From Candidatus Latescibacterota bacterium (GTDB lineage: Bacteria > Krumholzibacteriota > Krumholzibacteriia > WVZY01), in contig CAWBQK010000017.1 of the NCBI GenBank assembly GCA_963791045.1, positions 192,001 through 256,000 of the forward strand: 64,000 bases of DNA. Direction: 5' to 3'. Below the pieces are notes generated by a model, which did no database searches, was not told where the DNA came from, and saw only the letters and a list, made by a program, of their open reading frames with translations. How positions within the stretch are numbered: position 1 is the stretch's first letter; every line of letters begins with the position of its first letter. Below are positions 27,654 through 37,559 of the stretch, piece after piece. The translations under genes and the position numbers were made by a program.

Positions 27654-29039
27654 ATGGCGAAACTGATTCTTGTCGTTGACGACGAAAAAACGATCCGTTG
27701 GTCCCTTGGAGAAGCGCTCAAGGAAGATGGGTACGAAGTGGTCGAAGCCGAGAACGGCGAGAAGGGGCTGGAGTTCTTCAAGGACCGCTCGCCGGACCTC
27801 ATACTGCTCGACCTGAGGCTGCCGGGTGAAGACGGCATATCGATTTTGAAGAAAATCAGAAGCGTAGATTCCGATGTTCCCGTGATCATGATGACCGCGT
27901 ACGGCGAGGTTGAGACCGCCGTTGACGCGATGAAGTCGGGAGCGTACGACTTCGTTCTAAAACCATTTGCCCTGGAAAAACTCAAGATTACGATCAAGAA
28001 TGCGCTCGAAGTTCAGGGCCTCAAGGATGAGATCGCTTATCTCAAGAAAAGATCAACGCCCCGGATTGGGTTCAAGGAGTTTATAGGCCAGAGCGCTCAG
28101 ATGAAGGAGATTTTTACGAAGCTTCAGAAAATCGGGAAAAGCAAGGCCAATACGATCTTGATCACCGGTGAAAGCGGGGTTGGAAAAGAACTCGTGGCGA
28201 GGACGGTTCACAGCTGCAGCCATGAAGCACCGCGACCGTTTATGGAGATCAACTGTGCGTCGGTTCCGGAAACGCTTCTCGAAAGCGAATTGTTTGGTTA
28301 TGAAAAAGGAGCCTTCACCGACGCGAAGACAAGAAAAAAGGGACTCGTCGAACTTGCCGAGGGCGGGACACTTTTTCTCGACGAGATCGGCGAGATGGGA
28401 ATTACGCTGCAGTCGCGGTTGCTTCGCGTCATCGAGAACAAGACATTCCGGCGCGTCGGCGGTGTTCAGGATCTCATGGTGAACACAAGAATCGTTGCGG
28501 CCACCAACAGGGATCTCGAGAAAGAGATCGAAGACAAGACCTTTCGCAAGGATTTGTACTATCGGCTGAAGGTGATTCCTGTCCACGTTCCTCCACTGCG
28601 TGAAAGAAGGGACGACGTCCCCCTCCTTGTGAACTTTTTTGTCGACCGGTTCAACCGCGAACTGGGCAAAAAGGTCAATCCGGTGGGACGAGAAGCGATG
28701 GAAGCGCTCGTCGCGTACGACTGGCCCGGAAACGTCAGGGAACTCAAGAATGTAATTGAACGTGCGATGCTGCTCGACGCGGACACGGACATTCTCCTCG
28801 AGCATCTTCCGGGAGAAATCTACAACGGCGACACTGTTCAAACCGGCTCTGATAAGGCGGCAAGTGTTTTGACGAGTTTCTTCCCGATGACCCTTCGTGA
28901 AATAGAGAAGATACAGATCGAGCGGACGCTCGAGCAGACCAACGGAAACAAGTCCAAAGCAGCCAATATTCTTGGAATCTCGCGCCAGACCCTTCGGGAA
29001 AAGCTAAAACAATTCCAGGCGGCGCAAAAGACCGAATAG
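27654..29039 (+). CDS. Sigma-54-dependent response regulator (NtrC/AtoC family)
   Basis: Intact REC (VVDDE, LLDL, MTAY, KP); GESGVGKE; GAFTDA; FLDEIG; WPGNVREL; Fis-type HTH. Confidence 0.95.
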   Translation: MAKLILVVDDEKTIRWSLGEALKEDGYEVVEAENGEKGLEFFKDRSPDLILLDLRLPGEDGISILKKIRSVDSDVPVIMMTAYGEVETAVDAMKSGAYDFVLKPFALEKLKITIKNALEVQGLKDEIAYLKKRSTPRIGFKEFIGQSAQMKEIFTKLQKIGKSKANTILITGESGVGKELVARTVHSCSHEAPRPFMEINCASVPETLLESELFGYEKGAFTDAKTRKKGLVELAEGGTLFLDEIGEMGITLQSRLLRVIENKTFRRVGGVQDLMVNTRIVAATNRDLEKEIEDKTFRKDLYYRLKVIPVHVPPLRERRDDVPLLVNFFVDRFNRELGKKVNPVGREAMEALVAYDWPGNVRELKNVIERAMLLDADTDILLEHLPGEIYNGDTVQTGSDKAASVLTSFFPMTLREIEKIQIERTLEQTNGNKSKAANILGISRQTLREKLKQFQAAQKTE

Positions 29040-29058
29040 GAATGACCGGGTTTTGCTT

Positions 29059-29071
29059 TGACAAAATGTCA
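29059..29071. promoter_or_regulatory. Perfect palindrome TGACA-AAA-TGTCA, probable operator/UAS
   Basis: Inverted repeat in a 65-bp intergenic gap, overlapping a TTGACA hexamer. Confidence 0.5.
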
Positions 29072-29104
29072 GGTTTTTCTTATCGTGAAAAACGGTGAAA
29101 CCCG

Positions 29105-30586
29105 TTGAACGAAAAAAGACTACAATTTATCTCCGTTACGGAAGACCCGACAATAAGCCAGGTTCTCCACGATCTGGCCACCGGTGATCCGTGGAACTTT
29201 GTGTTGTTCCAGGACCCCGCCCGCGTGTTCTCCGCCGCGTTCGACACGGTGGATCTTCTGCTGCTCGATGAGGCCGCCACCGGCGCCAACTATTCCACAA
29301 TTGTTAAGAAAGCGCGAAAGCGGTTCCCAGGCGCCGATATCACGGTTATCGGCGGGCCAAAGTCCGATGACGTACGGGATTCCGACCGACGCGACGGCGT
29401 GGATTACTACGTCGAGCGTCCATTTGATGACGGTCGATTGATGTCGGTGCTCGACCACCGCAGGAAGATCGCGGAGCTGAAGTCATCGGCGGGTATTATC
29501 GGCCGGTCGAAACAAATTGAAGATATTATTGAAGCGATTCTCCAGGTGGGCCCGACCGTGGTCCCGATCCTGATTGAGGGCGAGAGCGGCACGGGGAAGG
29601 ATGTGGTTGCGCGCGCGATTCATCAGGCGAGCCGTCGTCGCGACAAACCGTACGTGGCTATTAACTGTGCGTCGTTGGCCGAAGGGGTTCTGGAGAGCGA
29701 GCTGTTCGGGCATGAGAAGGGTGCTTTCACCGGGGCGGTTTCGCAGCGGGCAGGAGTTTTCGAAAGAGCTGATAACGGGACGATTTTCCTCGACGAAGTC
29801 GGAGAGATGAGCCCCAATATGCAGGTGCGTTTGTTGAGGGTGCTCGAGTCTGGTGAAATCCTTCGGGTTGGCGGGGTCAAGGGATTCACGGTTGATGTTC
29901 GGGTTGTGGCCGCCACTAACAAGAGTCTCGCCCAGGCGGTCGAAGATCGGAGCTTCCGACAGGATCTCTACTACCGTTTGAAGGGTGTCAATTTTGTTCT
30001 GCCGCCGCTTCGCGTGCGGAAAGACGACATACCTGTCCTCGCCGAACATTTCTTGAAAGAGGCGAACCGCAAACACGGCAAAGATGTCAGAGTTATTGAA
30101 AAAGACGGGTTAAGACGGTTGACGGCGTACGAGTGGCCCGGGAATATACGCGAATTGAAGAACGTGATGGACACTGTCGTTGCGCTGGCGGCGGACGGAC
30201 GGATTTCGCGGGAGTTGATTGAAACACAGATCCCGGAAGGCGACGACCGGGAGACCACTCTGTTGCCCGTGCCTCTCAACCGCACGAAAGAAGAGGCGGA
30301 GAGGGAGATGATCTACGCGTCGATCCTGGCGATGCACAGGGATGTGCGCGAAGTACTGGGCCTGGTTCGGGGCGCGATGACAGGGCGTCCGCTGGAGAGC
30401 ATGAAAGAGGTGCATCCGGAGGGGGGCGTGTACGAGACCGAGGTCCAGTCGTTGTCCCGTATCGAACGCGCGGCGATCCAGGAGGCGCTCCGTGCCGGTG
30501 ACGGCAACCGAAGGAAAGCGGCCGAAATGCTTGGCATATCAGAACGTACGCTCTACCGGAAGATCAAGGAGTACGGGCTGGTCTAG
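29105..30586 (+). CDS. Sigma-54-dependent transcriptional activator with atypical receiver-like N-terminus
   Basis: GESGTGKD; GAFTGA; FLDEVG; WPGNIREL; HTH NRRKAAEMLGISERTLYRKIKEY. Confidence 0.93.
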   Translation: MNEKRLQFISVTEDPTISQVLHDLATGDPWNFVLFQDPARVFSAAFDTVDLLLLDEAATGANYSTIVKKARKRFPGADITVIGGPKSDDVRDSDRRDGVDYYVERPFDDGRLMSVLDHRRKIAELKSSAGIIGRSKQIEDIIEAILQVGPTVVPILIEGESGTGKDVVARAIHQASRRRDKPYVAINCASLAEGVLESELFGHEKGAFTGAVSQRAGVFERADNGTIFLDEVGEMSPNMQVRLLRVLESGEILRVGGVKGFTVDVRVVAATNKSLAQAVEDRSFRQDLYYRLKGVNFVLPPLRVRKDDIPVLAEHFLKEANRKHGKDVRVIEKDGLRRLTAYEWPGNIRELKNVMDTVVALAADGRISRELIETQIPEGDDRETTLLPVPLNRTKEEAEREMIYASILAMHRDVREVLGLVRGAMTGRPLESMKEVHPEGGVYETEVQSLSRIERAAIQEALRAGDGNRRKAAEMLGISERTLYRKIKEYGLV

Positions 30587-30596
30587 GAATTTGCTT

Positions 30597-30626
30597 TTGA
30601 CAGGGGGGGCGGTGGTTGCGTATACT
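30597..30626 (+). promoter_or_regulatory. Near-consensus sigma-70 promoter with G7 tract in spacer
   Basis: TTGACA-GGGGGGGCGGTGGTTGCG(18)-TATACT. Confidence 0.7.
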
Positions 30627-30738
30627 TACGTGGTAAGCGCCTGCTTCCTGATCCCCCCTGAATCCTTGTAGAAAGTTGGTCTATGCTCATCTGGTAACGG
30701 CTTTGAAACCAAGGATTCCTTCAACCTCTCAAGGGCTT

Positions 30739-31773
30739 ATGCGATACAAATACAACGTTTCTCTGATAATGATCGTTCTGGTGTGCCTGCTGATTGGGGC
30801 GCCGAACCAGGCCGTGGCCAAGAAATTTGCCGGGGAATTCATGGCGAGCGGGGGTGGGGCGCGAGCGCTGGGGATGGGCGGCGCGTTTGCGGGGATCGCG
30901 AACGATGCGTCAACGCTTTACTGGAACCCTGCAGGGATTTCGGGTTTTGAAAAACGCCAGGCGCTATTTATGCACTCGGAACGGTTTGGTGACCTGGTAA
31001 ATTACAACTTCGCTTCCTTCGTTTCCCCGACGACGTCGTTTGTGTCCGAAGAACGTGAGGCGTCGTTTGGTCTGGCGCTGATTCACCTGGGCGTCGACGA
31101 TATCCCGATAACCAGTCATCTTCAATACGAAGAAAGAAACGGCACGCCTGGTTTCCAGCCTGAAGAGGGTGACCGTCTGCTTTACGATGCGGACGCACTC
31201 CCCAAGGAAGGGAACAACGACTTCGCGCTATACGGTTCGTTTGCCCTCAAGACCGCACACGGACGGGTTGGGGGCACGGTTAAACTTATTTACACAAATG
31301 CCGTGGCGGGATATTCGGCGACCGGGATCGGGTTGGATCTGGGTTACCTCAAGCATGACCTGTTTGTGGAGCGTCTCGACGTCGGTCTCAAGCTCCAGGA
31401 CATCACGGGTACATACATCAGTTGGAGTACCGGGACGAACGAGTTTATCGCGCCGTCGGTCAAACTCGGGTTGGCTTACCAGATCCCCGCGCCGAGTCTG
31501 AACGCCGCGCTCATCGTCGCGGCGGATGGTGATTTCTTCTTCGAGGACAGACGTGGGGCGTCACAGTTCTGGGTGGAGACATTCTCGACCGATCTTCATC
31601 TCGGGGCGGAATTGATTCTCCAGGACAAGGTGATGGTCAGGGGCGGTCTTGATTCTGGTAACGCGACGGTGGGTGCGGGTTTCCGGGTTGGAATCATCGG
31701 ACTCGATTATGCTTATCTTCACCACGATGATTTCGAAGCGACACACCGCGTGTCGGGCCAGGTTGATTTCTAA
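30739..31773 (+). CDS. PorV/PorQ-like (FadL-superfamily) outer-membrane beta-barrel
   Basis: Signal peptide; GARALGMGGAF..IANDASTLYWNPAG; alternating beta strands; C-terminal F. Confidence 0.85.
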   Translation: MRYKYNVSLIMIVLVCLLIGAPNQAVAKKFAGEFMASGGGARALGMGGAFAGIANDASTLYWNPAGISGFEKRQALFMHSERFGDLVNYNFASFVSPTTSFVSEEREASFGLALIHLGVDDIPITSHLQYEERNGTPGFQPEEGDRLLYDADALPKEGNNDFALYGSFALKTAHGRVGGTVKLIYTNAVAGYSATGIGLDLGYLKHDLFVERLDVGLKLQDITGTYISWSTGTNEFIAPSVKLGLAYQIPAPSLNAALIVAADGDFFFEDRRGASQFWVETFSTDLHLGAELILQDKVMVRGGLDSGNATVGAGFRVGIIGLDYAYLHHDDFEATHRVSGQVDF

Positions 31774-31796
31774 ACAAACGAATATTGAGACCATGG

Positions 31797-31835
31797 AAAA
31801 GGCCGGCGGATCCAAACGATCGCCGGCCTTTTTTT
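31797..31835. terminator. Bidirectional intrinsic terminator
   Basis: aaaaGGCCGGCG...CGCCGGCCttttttt between convergent genes. Confidence 0.88.
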
Positions 31836-31861
31836 GTGGACGTTTGCCCTGCGTTTTATCT

Positions 31862-33712
31862 TTATTTCTTTTGCCAGATTTCGAGCACGTCGCCTGGGTG
31901 TATGATCGACTTCCGCGACTTGGAATTCCAAGTGATGAGGTCAACCATCCCGACGTTGAATTTCCGGCTGATCGAGTAGAAGGTGTCGCCTTTTCTTACC
32001 GTGTAATTGCTTCTGACGAAATCCGTCTCGCTGGGTTTTGAGTTGCTGGCGACCTGAATCCCGCTTGATTTGTACGAGTCGGGCACATAGATCGCTATCT
32101 TCTGCCCGGGGTGGATATACGATCGGAATGAGAGGTTATTCCACGACCGCAGTTTCTTGGCGCTGGTGTTATAGTCCTCGGCTATCTGCCCGAGCGTGTC
32201 GCCGCCTTTGACGACATAGACAACGCGTTTGTGGTTCGCGGGTGGTTGGTAGCGCTTCGCGTATTTCTCGAGCGCTGCCTTGTTGATCGTCCGGTGTTTG
32301 TCCTTGAATTGCGGCTTCGAGCTCGCCACTTCACTGTACGCGCCCGTCACAGGAACGATAAGTGTTTTTCCCGCGCGGATTCTATGCGCGTTGTTGATAC
32401 CGTTGAGCCGCTTAAGGGTTGTGACGGTCGTATGATAATTGGTGGCGATCTGAGAAAGTGTTTCACCCTGGCGTATGGTGTGCCGTCTCCATGTGACCCG
32501 GTCCTCGGGCGGAATGTTGGCGAGCTTGACCGCACATTCGTCGCCGGTTCCTACGGGAACCTTGACGCTGATTTCTGCTTTCGGCGGAGTGCACCAACGG
32601 AGAAGACTGGGGTTGAGATCCATAATGTAGTCGACGGTGGTGTCCGCGGATCGTGCGATTACCTTGACGTCCGTCGCGTCTTTGACCGTGACCTGGTCAA
32701 ACTTGACCGGCTCCACTTCGGGTATGGTGAACCCGTACTTCTCGGGTTCTCTCACGATGTACAAAGCGGCGAGGAATTTTGGAACGTACCGCTGTGTTTG
32801 CCGTGGGAGTTTCAGAGCCCAGAAATCGTCGGTTTTCTGCCGGGCGATGGCTCTGATAACTCGATACTCTCCGCAGTTGTATGCGGCGAGGGCGAGAAGC
32901 CAATCATCCCAGATACCATTCAGATCGTTCAGGTAGTTGCCGGCCGCGTAGGTGGAGGCGACGATATCCCGGCGCTCGTCATACCACCAGCTCACACGGA
33001 GTCCGTACATACGAGCGGTGCCCGCGATAAACTGCCACGGTCCGACGGCGCGTGCGTAGGAACGGGCTTTGAGGTTGAACCCGCTTTCAATCAGCGCGAC
33101 ACACATCAAATCGTCGTGAAGTCCCAGTTCTCCCAGGATCGGTTCTATGATCGGGCGATACAGTTCCATCCGGTAAAGCGCTCGTTCAAAACGCTCTTTC
33201 CCGGGCCCGGTGAAATATCGAATCCAAAAATCAATTCTGTCGTTTGAAATTACCTCGAAGGGAGAGTTATCGGCGGACAAGGCATCGATTTGACTCTGGG
33301 TGGCATCTATCTCGGGCCAGTTTTCGATCGAGAGGGCAATGCTGTCCGTCTCGCTCAAATAGGCGTGGCCAAGATCCGATGCCGGGTAGAGGGCGTCAAG
33401 ATCGGAAAGGGCCGCGACCAGCTCTTGGAAATCCTGCCGAAAAACCACAGGTGGATGCGAGTCGATCATCGTGTCGACATCCTTGTGGAGCGAATCGCGT
33501 TCGGTAACGAAGTCCGCAAGATCGCCGAAAGCATAGAGGGCGATGGCGCTGTCGACACGTTCGCGATAACCGGCGATTTCGTCGGGATCAAAATCGAGGG
33601 TGTGGACGGCGGGGGCTTCGGATACGGGAGAGGTGTTTACGTCGGGTTTAACAGACGAACACCCCCACAACAAGAGTCCGCCGAGGAGTAAAACAATTAT
33701 CGATCGGATCAT
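31862..33712 (-). CDS. mltD: MltD-like lytic transglycosylase lipoprotein with LysM domains
   Basis: Lipobox WGC; ALIESGF, AVGPWQF, LAAYNCG; three C-terminal LysM repeats. Confidence 0.9.
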   Translation of the reverse strand: MIRSIIVLLLGGLLLWGCSSVKPDVNTSPVSEAPAVHTLDFDPDEIAGYRERVDSAIALYAFGDLADFVTERDSLHKDVDTMIDSHPPVVFRQDFQELVAALSDLDALYPASDLGHAYLSETDSIALSIENWPEIDATQSQIDALSADNSPFEVISNDRIDFWIRYFTGPGKERFERALYRMELYRPIIEPILGELGLHDDLMCVALIESGFNLKARSYARAVGPWQFIAGTARMYGLRVSWWYDERRDIVASTYAAGNYLNDLNGIWDDWLLALAAYNCGEYRVIRAIARQKTDDFWALKLPRQTQRYVPKFLAALYIVREPEKYGFTIPEVEPVKFDQVTVKDATDVKVIARSADTTVDYIMDLNPSLLRWCTPPKAEISVKVPVGTGDECAVKLANIPPEDRVTWRRHTIRQGETLSQIATNYHTTVTTLKRLNGINNAHRIRAGKTLIVPVTGAYSEVASSKPQFKDKHRTINKAALEKYAKRYQPPANHKRVVYVVKGGDTLGQIAEDYNTSAKKLRSWNNLSFRSYIHPGQKIAIYVPDSYKSSGIQVASNSKPSETDFVRSNYTVRKGDTFYSISRKFNVGMVDLITWNSKSRKSIIHPGDVLEIWQKK

Positions 33713-33956
33713 TCTATGCTCACTTCCGCTGGCCGCACGCTGAGGAAGGCACTCGGAGGCCTCGTGACCGCCCCGGTTCGGCACCCTGTATGAATTCCGT
33801 ATGTAAGTTGTATAACCCCCGTTCGCAGCAAAATGCAAGCCAAAAAAGGGGATGGGACGGCCCTGGACGCCGAAGATCCCGGGGATTAGGGTAGAAACCG
33901 CAGGGTCAAATATTGTATAATTAGTTAAGACATAGTTTCATTCTGAAGGTATCGCC

Positions 33957-35327
33957 ATGACACGCATCTTTGAGAAAAACTACAAATACCTTCTGGCCAA
34001 TCTTGTGCCCCGCCACAGGCTTTCGGCCGCGCGGCGTAAGCAAGTCGATCGCGCGATCGCTGGTAATGACGCGGTCGAAATTCGGCTGGCGGCCGTTCTG
34101 GCACTCGAAGATCTCTACCAGGCTGAGTACTTCGATCGCTCGCAAACCCATGATGAGAATGGACATGTGGTGCTGACCTACGTCCGGAGCAATGGGTCGT
34201 ACCAGATACGGGTCGTTGTCCCTCGCAACGAGTGGCGGGAGTTGAGCGGGGAGGCGCCGGTTGATCTGCGCGGCAAAAACGGCGGCGGAGTGATCGAAAC
34301 CCCTGCTAGTGACACTGAACTCGTTGAAACCACAATAAATATACTTCCCGACATTATCCGGTCATTCTCGATAAACGGACAGCGCGAATCCACGCTCCAA
34401 AGACTGGATGCGGTGATGAAATTCCTGCCGCGGTGGTTTTGTTTTTCTGCCTCGCAGCTGGTGCTCGTCGAGGAGCGAATCAGCGAGGGAGAAACCCGCG
34501 GCGAAATGGTTAACACGACCCCGGAAAAATCTTTCCAAGATACGGTGATTTACCATCGGTGCCGCGAATCGAAACAGGTCGCCCTCCTCGATTCCACGAG
34601 CGCGGCGGCGGTGGGTCTGACGATGCCGAAAGAAGCGGGTGAGAGAAGTGGTGTGGAGCGGGGACAGCTCGCCGTTGCGCCGGTGTTTCCGTTGGGCGAA
34701 TTCTGGGGGGTTCTTGAAGTCTGGGTGACGAACGGGGAAAACGGTCCGCTTCTGAGGAAGCGTGTGGAAATAGCGGCGGGAATGGTCGAACAGATCATAG
34801 AGAACACCATCCGGCTTGAGAATATGACTTCGGTGGACAAGCTGACCGGGATCTACAACCGGCAGTTCTACGATCGGCAGATTCGCATCGAAATGGAAAG
34901 GGCAACACGAACGGCGACAAAGCTGTCTCTTCTGGTTGTGGATATTGATGATTTCAAAAAGATAAATGATACGATGGGACACCGCAGGGGCGATGAGGCT
35001 TTGGCCATCGTTGCCGATCTGATCAGCGGCAATTTGCGTAAGATCGATATGCCTTTCCGATACGGTGGAGAGGAATTTGTTATCCTGCTTCCGGGAACCG
35101 ACGAGATGGAAGCGGTTCATACTGCCGAGCGTCTTCGTTCGAAGATTGCAGAGTGTGACGAGTTTATCTCCGCCGAAGGGACGGAACGGCGGATTACGGT
35201 GAGCATCGGCGGCGCAGTATTCCCCGATCACGGGCGTACCGAAGAGGAACTGTTTTCACACGCGGATTCCGCGTTGTACCTCGCGAAAAGAAAGGGCAAG
35301 AACCGGATAGAGTTCACCAAGGAGTAA
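33957..35327 (+). CDS. Diguanylate cyclase (GGDEF) with cytoplasmic N-terminal/GAF-like region
   Basis: DKLTGIYNR, DIDDFKKINDTMGH, RKID I-site, RYGGEEF. Confidence 0.93.
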   Translation: MTRIFEKNYKYLLANLVPRHRLSAARRKQVDRAIAGNDAVEIRLAAVLALEDLYQAEYFDRSQTHDENGHVVLTYVRSNGSYQIRVVVPRNEWRELSGEAPVDLRGKNGGGVIETPASDTELVETTINILPDIIRSFSINGQRESTLQRLDAVMKFLPRWFCFSASQLVLVEERISEGETRGEMVNTTPEKSFQDTVIYHRCRESKQVALLDSTSAAAVGLTMPKEAGERSGVERGQLAVAPVFPLGEFWGVLEVWVTNGENGPLLRKRVEIAAGMVEQIIENTIRLENMTSVDKLTGIYNRQFYDRQIRIEMERATRTATKLSLLVVDIDDFKKINDTMGHRRGDEALAIVADLISGNLRKIDMPFRYGGEEFVILLPGTDEMEAVHTAERLRSKIAECDEFISAEGTERRITVSIGGAVFPDHGRTEEELFSHADSALYLAKRKGKNRIEFTKE

Positions 35328-35352
35328 AAGGGTAGAGGATTGAAATCGGCCG

Positions 35353-36858
35353 ATGCCGGCTGTGTGGACGTTGGGAGGATGTGGAATGGTGTGGGTATTG
35401 GCGGCGGCGCTTGCCGTGGGCATCACCTGTGACCAGAGGGTTGCGGTGGGTGCCTTTGTTGTTTTTGTGGTGTGGTCGGTTCGGAGCCGGGCCGGTAAAT
35501 TGACGGTGGCGGCGTTACTCGTGCTTGCCTTTCTTTTTGGATTATATGGGGCGCTATCGGTCGGGAGTCTCAGATCCCGAACCGAACTCTTCGAGAGCGC
35601 CTTCGCGGGCGGGGATGGACGGGTGGTTGTCGAAGGGTGGGTCTCGAGTTTTCCGGTTTTCCGGTACGGCGGAATGGCCTTCACCCTGCGGACCCGAATT
35701 GATGGCGCGGTAATTAACATACACGTCCGGTCGCGCGAATATATGGTTTCGTACGGCGACAGCGTGCGGGTGACGGGCCGTTTCTACCGGCCCAAACCGG
35801 AGCGGCAGGAGAGTTACGCCAGGTACTTGTTTGGACGCGGATTGTGCGGCGAAGTCCGACTGGACCGGGGAGGTATCGAAGGTCTCGGAAGCAAAAATGG
35901 TTCCTGGGTCGAACGATCGATCCTCTGGCCGGCGCACGATCGCATGAGGCGGATGGCCAACCGGTCGATCGGTTCGCGGTGCGGAATCGCGATCGCTCTG
36001 CTCCTGGGCGAAAAAGGGTATCTCGAGCGCGGCACGAGACAAGCGTTCGTCGGACTGGGACTATCGCACCTGCTTGCCCTCAGCGGGCTTCATCTCGGTT
36101 TTGTCGCCGGCGCGATCTTACTCGCGTTCCGACTTGTACGGCGCCGGAGCGGTTTCGTTCTCCTTTTGTGTCTCGCTCTCTACGTCGGGGTTGTCGGCTG
36201 CATCATGTCATTGTACCGGGCATTCGTCATGGCGGCGGCGCTCGTGACCGCCGCTGGAATCAAACGGCCGATGGACCCTTTGCGTGCGTTGGCCAACGCA
36301 TTTGTGGTTGTTCTTCTTGGGTTTCCGTTCTCCTTCTATTCGGTTGGTTTCCAACTCTCGTTTTTGGCAACGCTTGGGGTGCTGCTACAGGTTCGCGGTA
36401 TGTCCACTCCGAAGTCAAAAGGATGGCCGGGGCGGTTTTGGTTCTGGATTCGATCGTCACTGTCGGTGAGCCTCGCCGCCCAGGCGATTGTGGCTCCGCT
36501 TGTTCTTTCCTACTTCGGCAAGATGAGCTTGCTTTCCCCCGTCGCCACTCTGATATTTGTCCTTCCAGTGGGCGCTCTCCTTATCGGTCTGGGAGTCGCC
36601 GCCGTCGTATCGTTATTGGTCCCGGCGGCCGAGGGGCTGTTGTTTGGCGGACTGGGTTGGGTGTTGGACGTCTTTCGGCAGGTCCTCTTAAAAATCTCAG
36701 ACGTCAGTCCGGAGCCCGCAGTGATTCCGGTCCCCGGGCCGTGGCTCTATTATGCGGGGGTAGCGTTGATTCTTGTCGGACGTGCGGGCCGTGTGCGAAA
36801 AATGGCAGGCGTATGCATCATAGGCGCGTCGTTATGCCTTTCGTATACAGCGCGTTAA
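35353..36858 (+). CDS. comEC: ComEC/Rec2 competence membrane protein (no C-terminal beta-lactamase domain)
   Basis: GLSHLLALSGLH, GFQLSFLA, multiple TM segments. Confidence 0.88.
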   Translation: MPAVWTLGGCGMVWVLAAALAVGITCDQRVAVGAFVVFVVWSVRSRAGKLTVAALLVLAFLFGLYGALSVGSLRSRTELFESAFAGGDGRVVVEGWVSSFPVFRYGGMAFTLRTRIDGAVINIHVRSREYMVSYGDSVRVTGRFYRPKPERQESYARYLFGRGLCGEVRLDRGGIEGLGSKNGSWVERSILWPAHDRMRRMANRSIGSRCGIAIALLLGEKGYLERGTRQAFVGLGLSHLLALSGLHLGFVAGAILLAFRLVRRRSGFVLLLCLALYVGVVGCIMSLYRAFVMAAALVTAAGIKRPMDPLRALANAFVVVLLGFPFSFYSVGFQLSFLATLGVLLQVRGMSTPKSKGWPGRFWFWIRSSLSVSLAAQAIVAPLVLSYFGKMSLLSPVATLIFVLPVGALLIGLGVAAVVSLLVPAAEGLLFGGLGWVLDVFRQVLLKISDVSPEPAVIPVPGPWLYYAGVALILVGRAGRVRKMAGVCIIGASLCLSYTAR

Positions 36859-36912
36859 CTTTTTTAATGCAGGCGTCAGAACCAGGTGCTATAGTGGCGT
36901 TCTCTTTTCACG

Positions 36913-37545
36913 ATGGGAGTGCCGATGTCGGATAAAACGTGCAATGTTGGTATTCTCGCTTCGGGCCGCGGCAGCAACTTCCAGGCGATAGCCGAAGCCT
37001 GCCGCGACGAACGGTTTCCAGCGCGGGTGGTGTGCCTTATAACGGACAACCCCGACGCCGGAGCGCTCGGGATTGCCAGCTCGCTTGGAATTCCGAGTTT
37101 TGTCGTTCCGGTCACCGAAAAAAAAGGGCGGCTGCCGCATGAAGCGGAAGAAAGAATGACCAAAATTTGCGCGGACCACGATGTCAATCTTATCGCGCTC
37201 GCCGGTTTTATGAGAATTCTGAAAGGTCCGCTCCTGGACGATTATGAAGACCGGGTGATGAACATCCATCCGGCGATTCTACCGAGCTTCAAGGGCCTTC
37301 ATTCGGCGCGGCAGGCGATTGAGTACGGGGTGAAAGTGTCGGGGTGTACGGTTCATTTTGTGGACCGGAGCATCGATGGGGGCGCCATTATTATCCAGGC
37401 TACGGTGCCCGTCGATCACACCGACGCTGAAGACGATCTGCTCGCCAAAATCCATGTTGTTGAACACAAAAGTTATGTCGAGGCCGTCAAATTGTTTGCG
37501 CAAGGACGACTCGAAATCAATGGCCGGCGGGTATTGATCCGCTGA
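36913..37545 (+). CDS. purN: Phosphoribosylglycinamide formyltransferase
   Basis: ASGRGSNF, LAGFMRIL, NIHPAILP, GCTVHFVD. Confidence 0.97.
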   Translation: MGVPMSDKTCNVGILASGRGSNFQAIAEACRDERFPARVVCLITDNPDAGALGIASSLGIPSFVVPVTEKKGRLPHEAEERMTKICADHDVNLIALAGFMRILKGPLLDDYEDRVMNIHPAILPSFKGLHSARQAIEYGVKVSGCTVHFVDRSIDGGAIIIQATVPVDHTDAEDDLLAKIHVVEHKSYVEAVKLFAQGRLEINGRRVLIR

Positions 37546-37559
37546 TTCGGAGGAGGATC

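Noticed and set aside
28300-28330. GAFTDA instead of GAFTGA as an inactivating change
   Set aside because: A common natural variant in NtrC-family activators.
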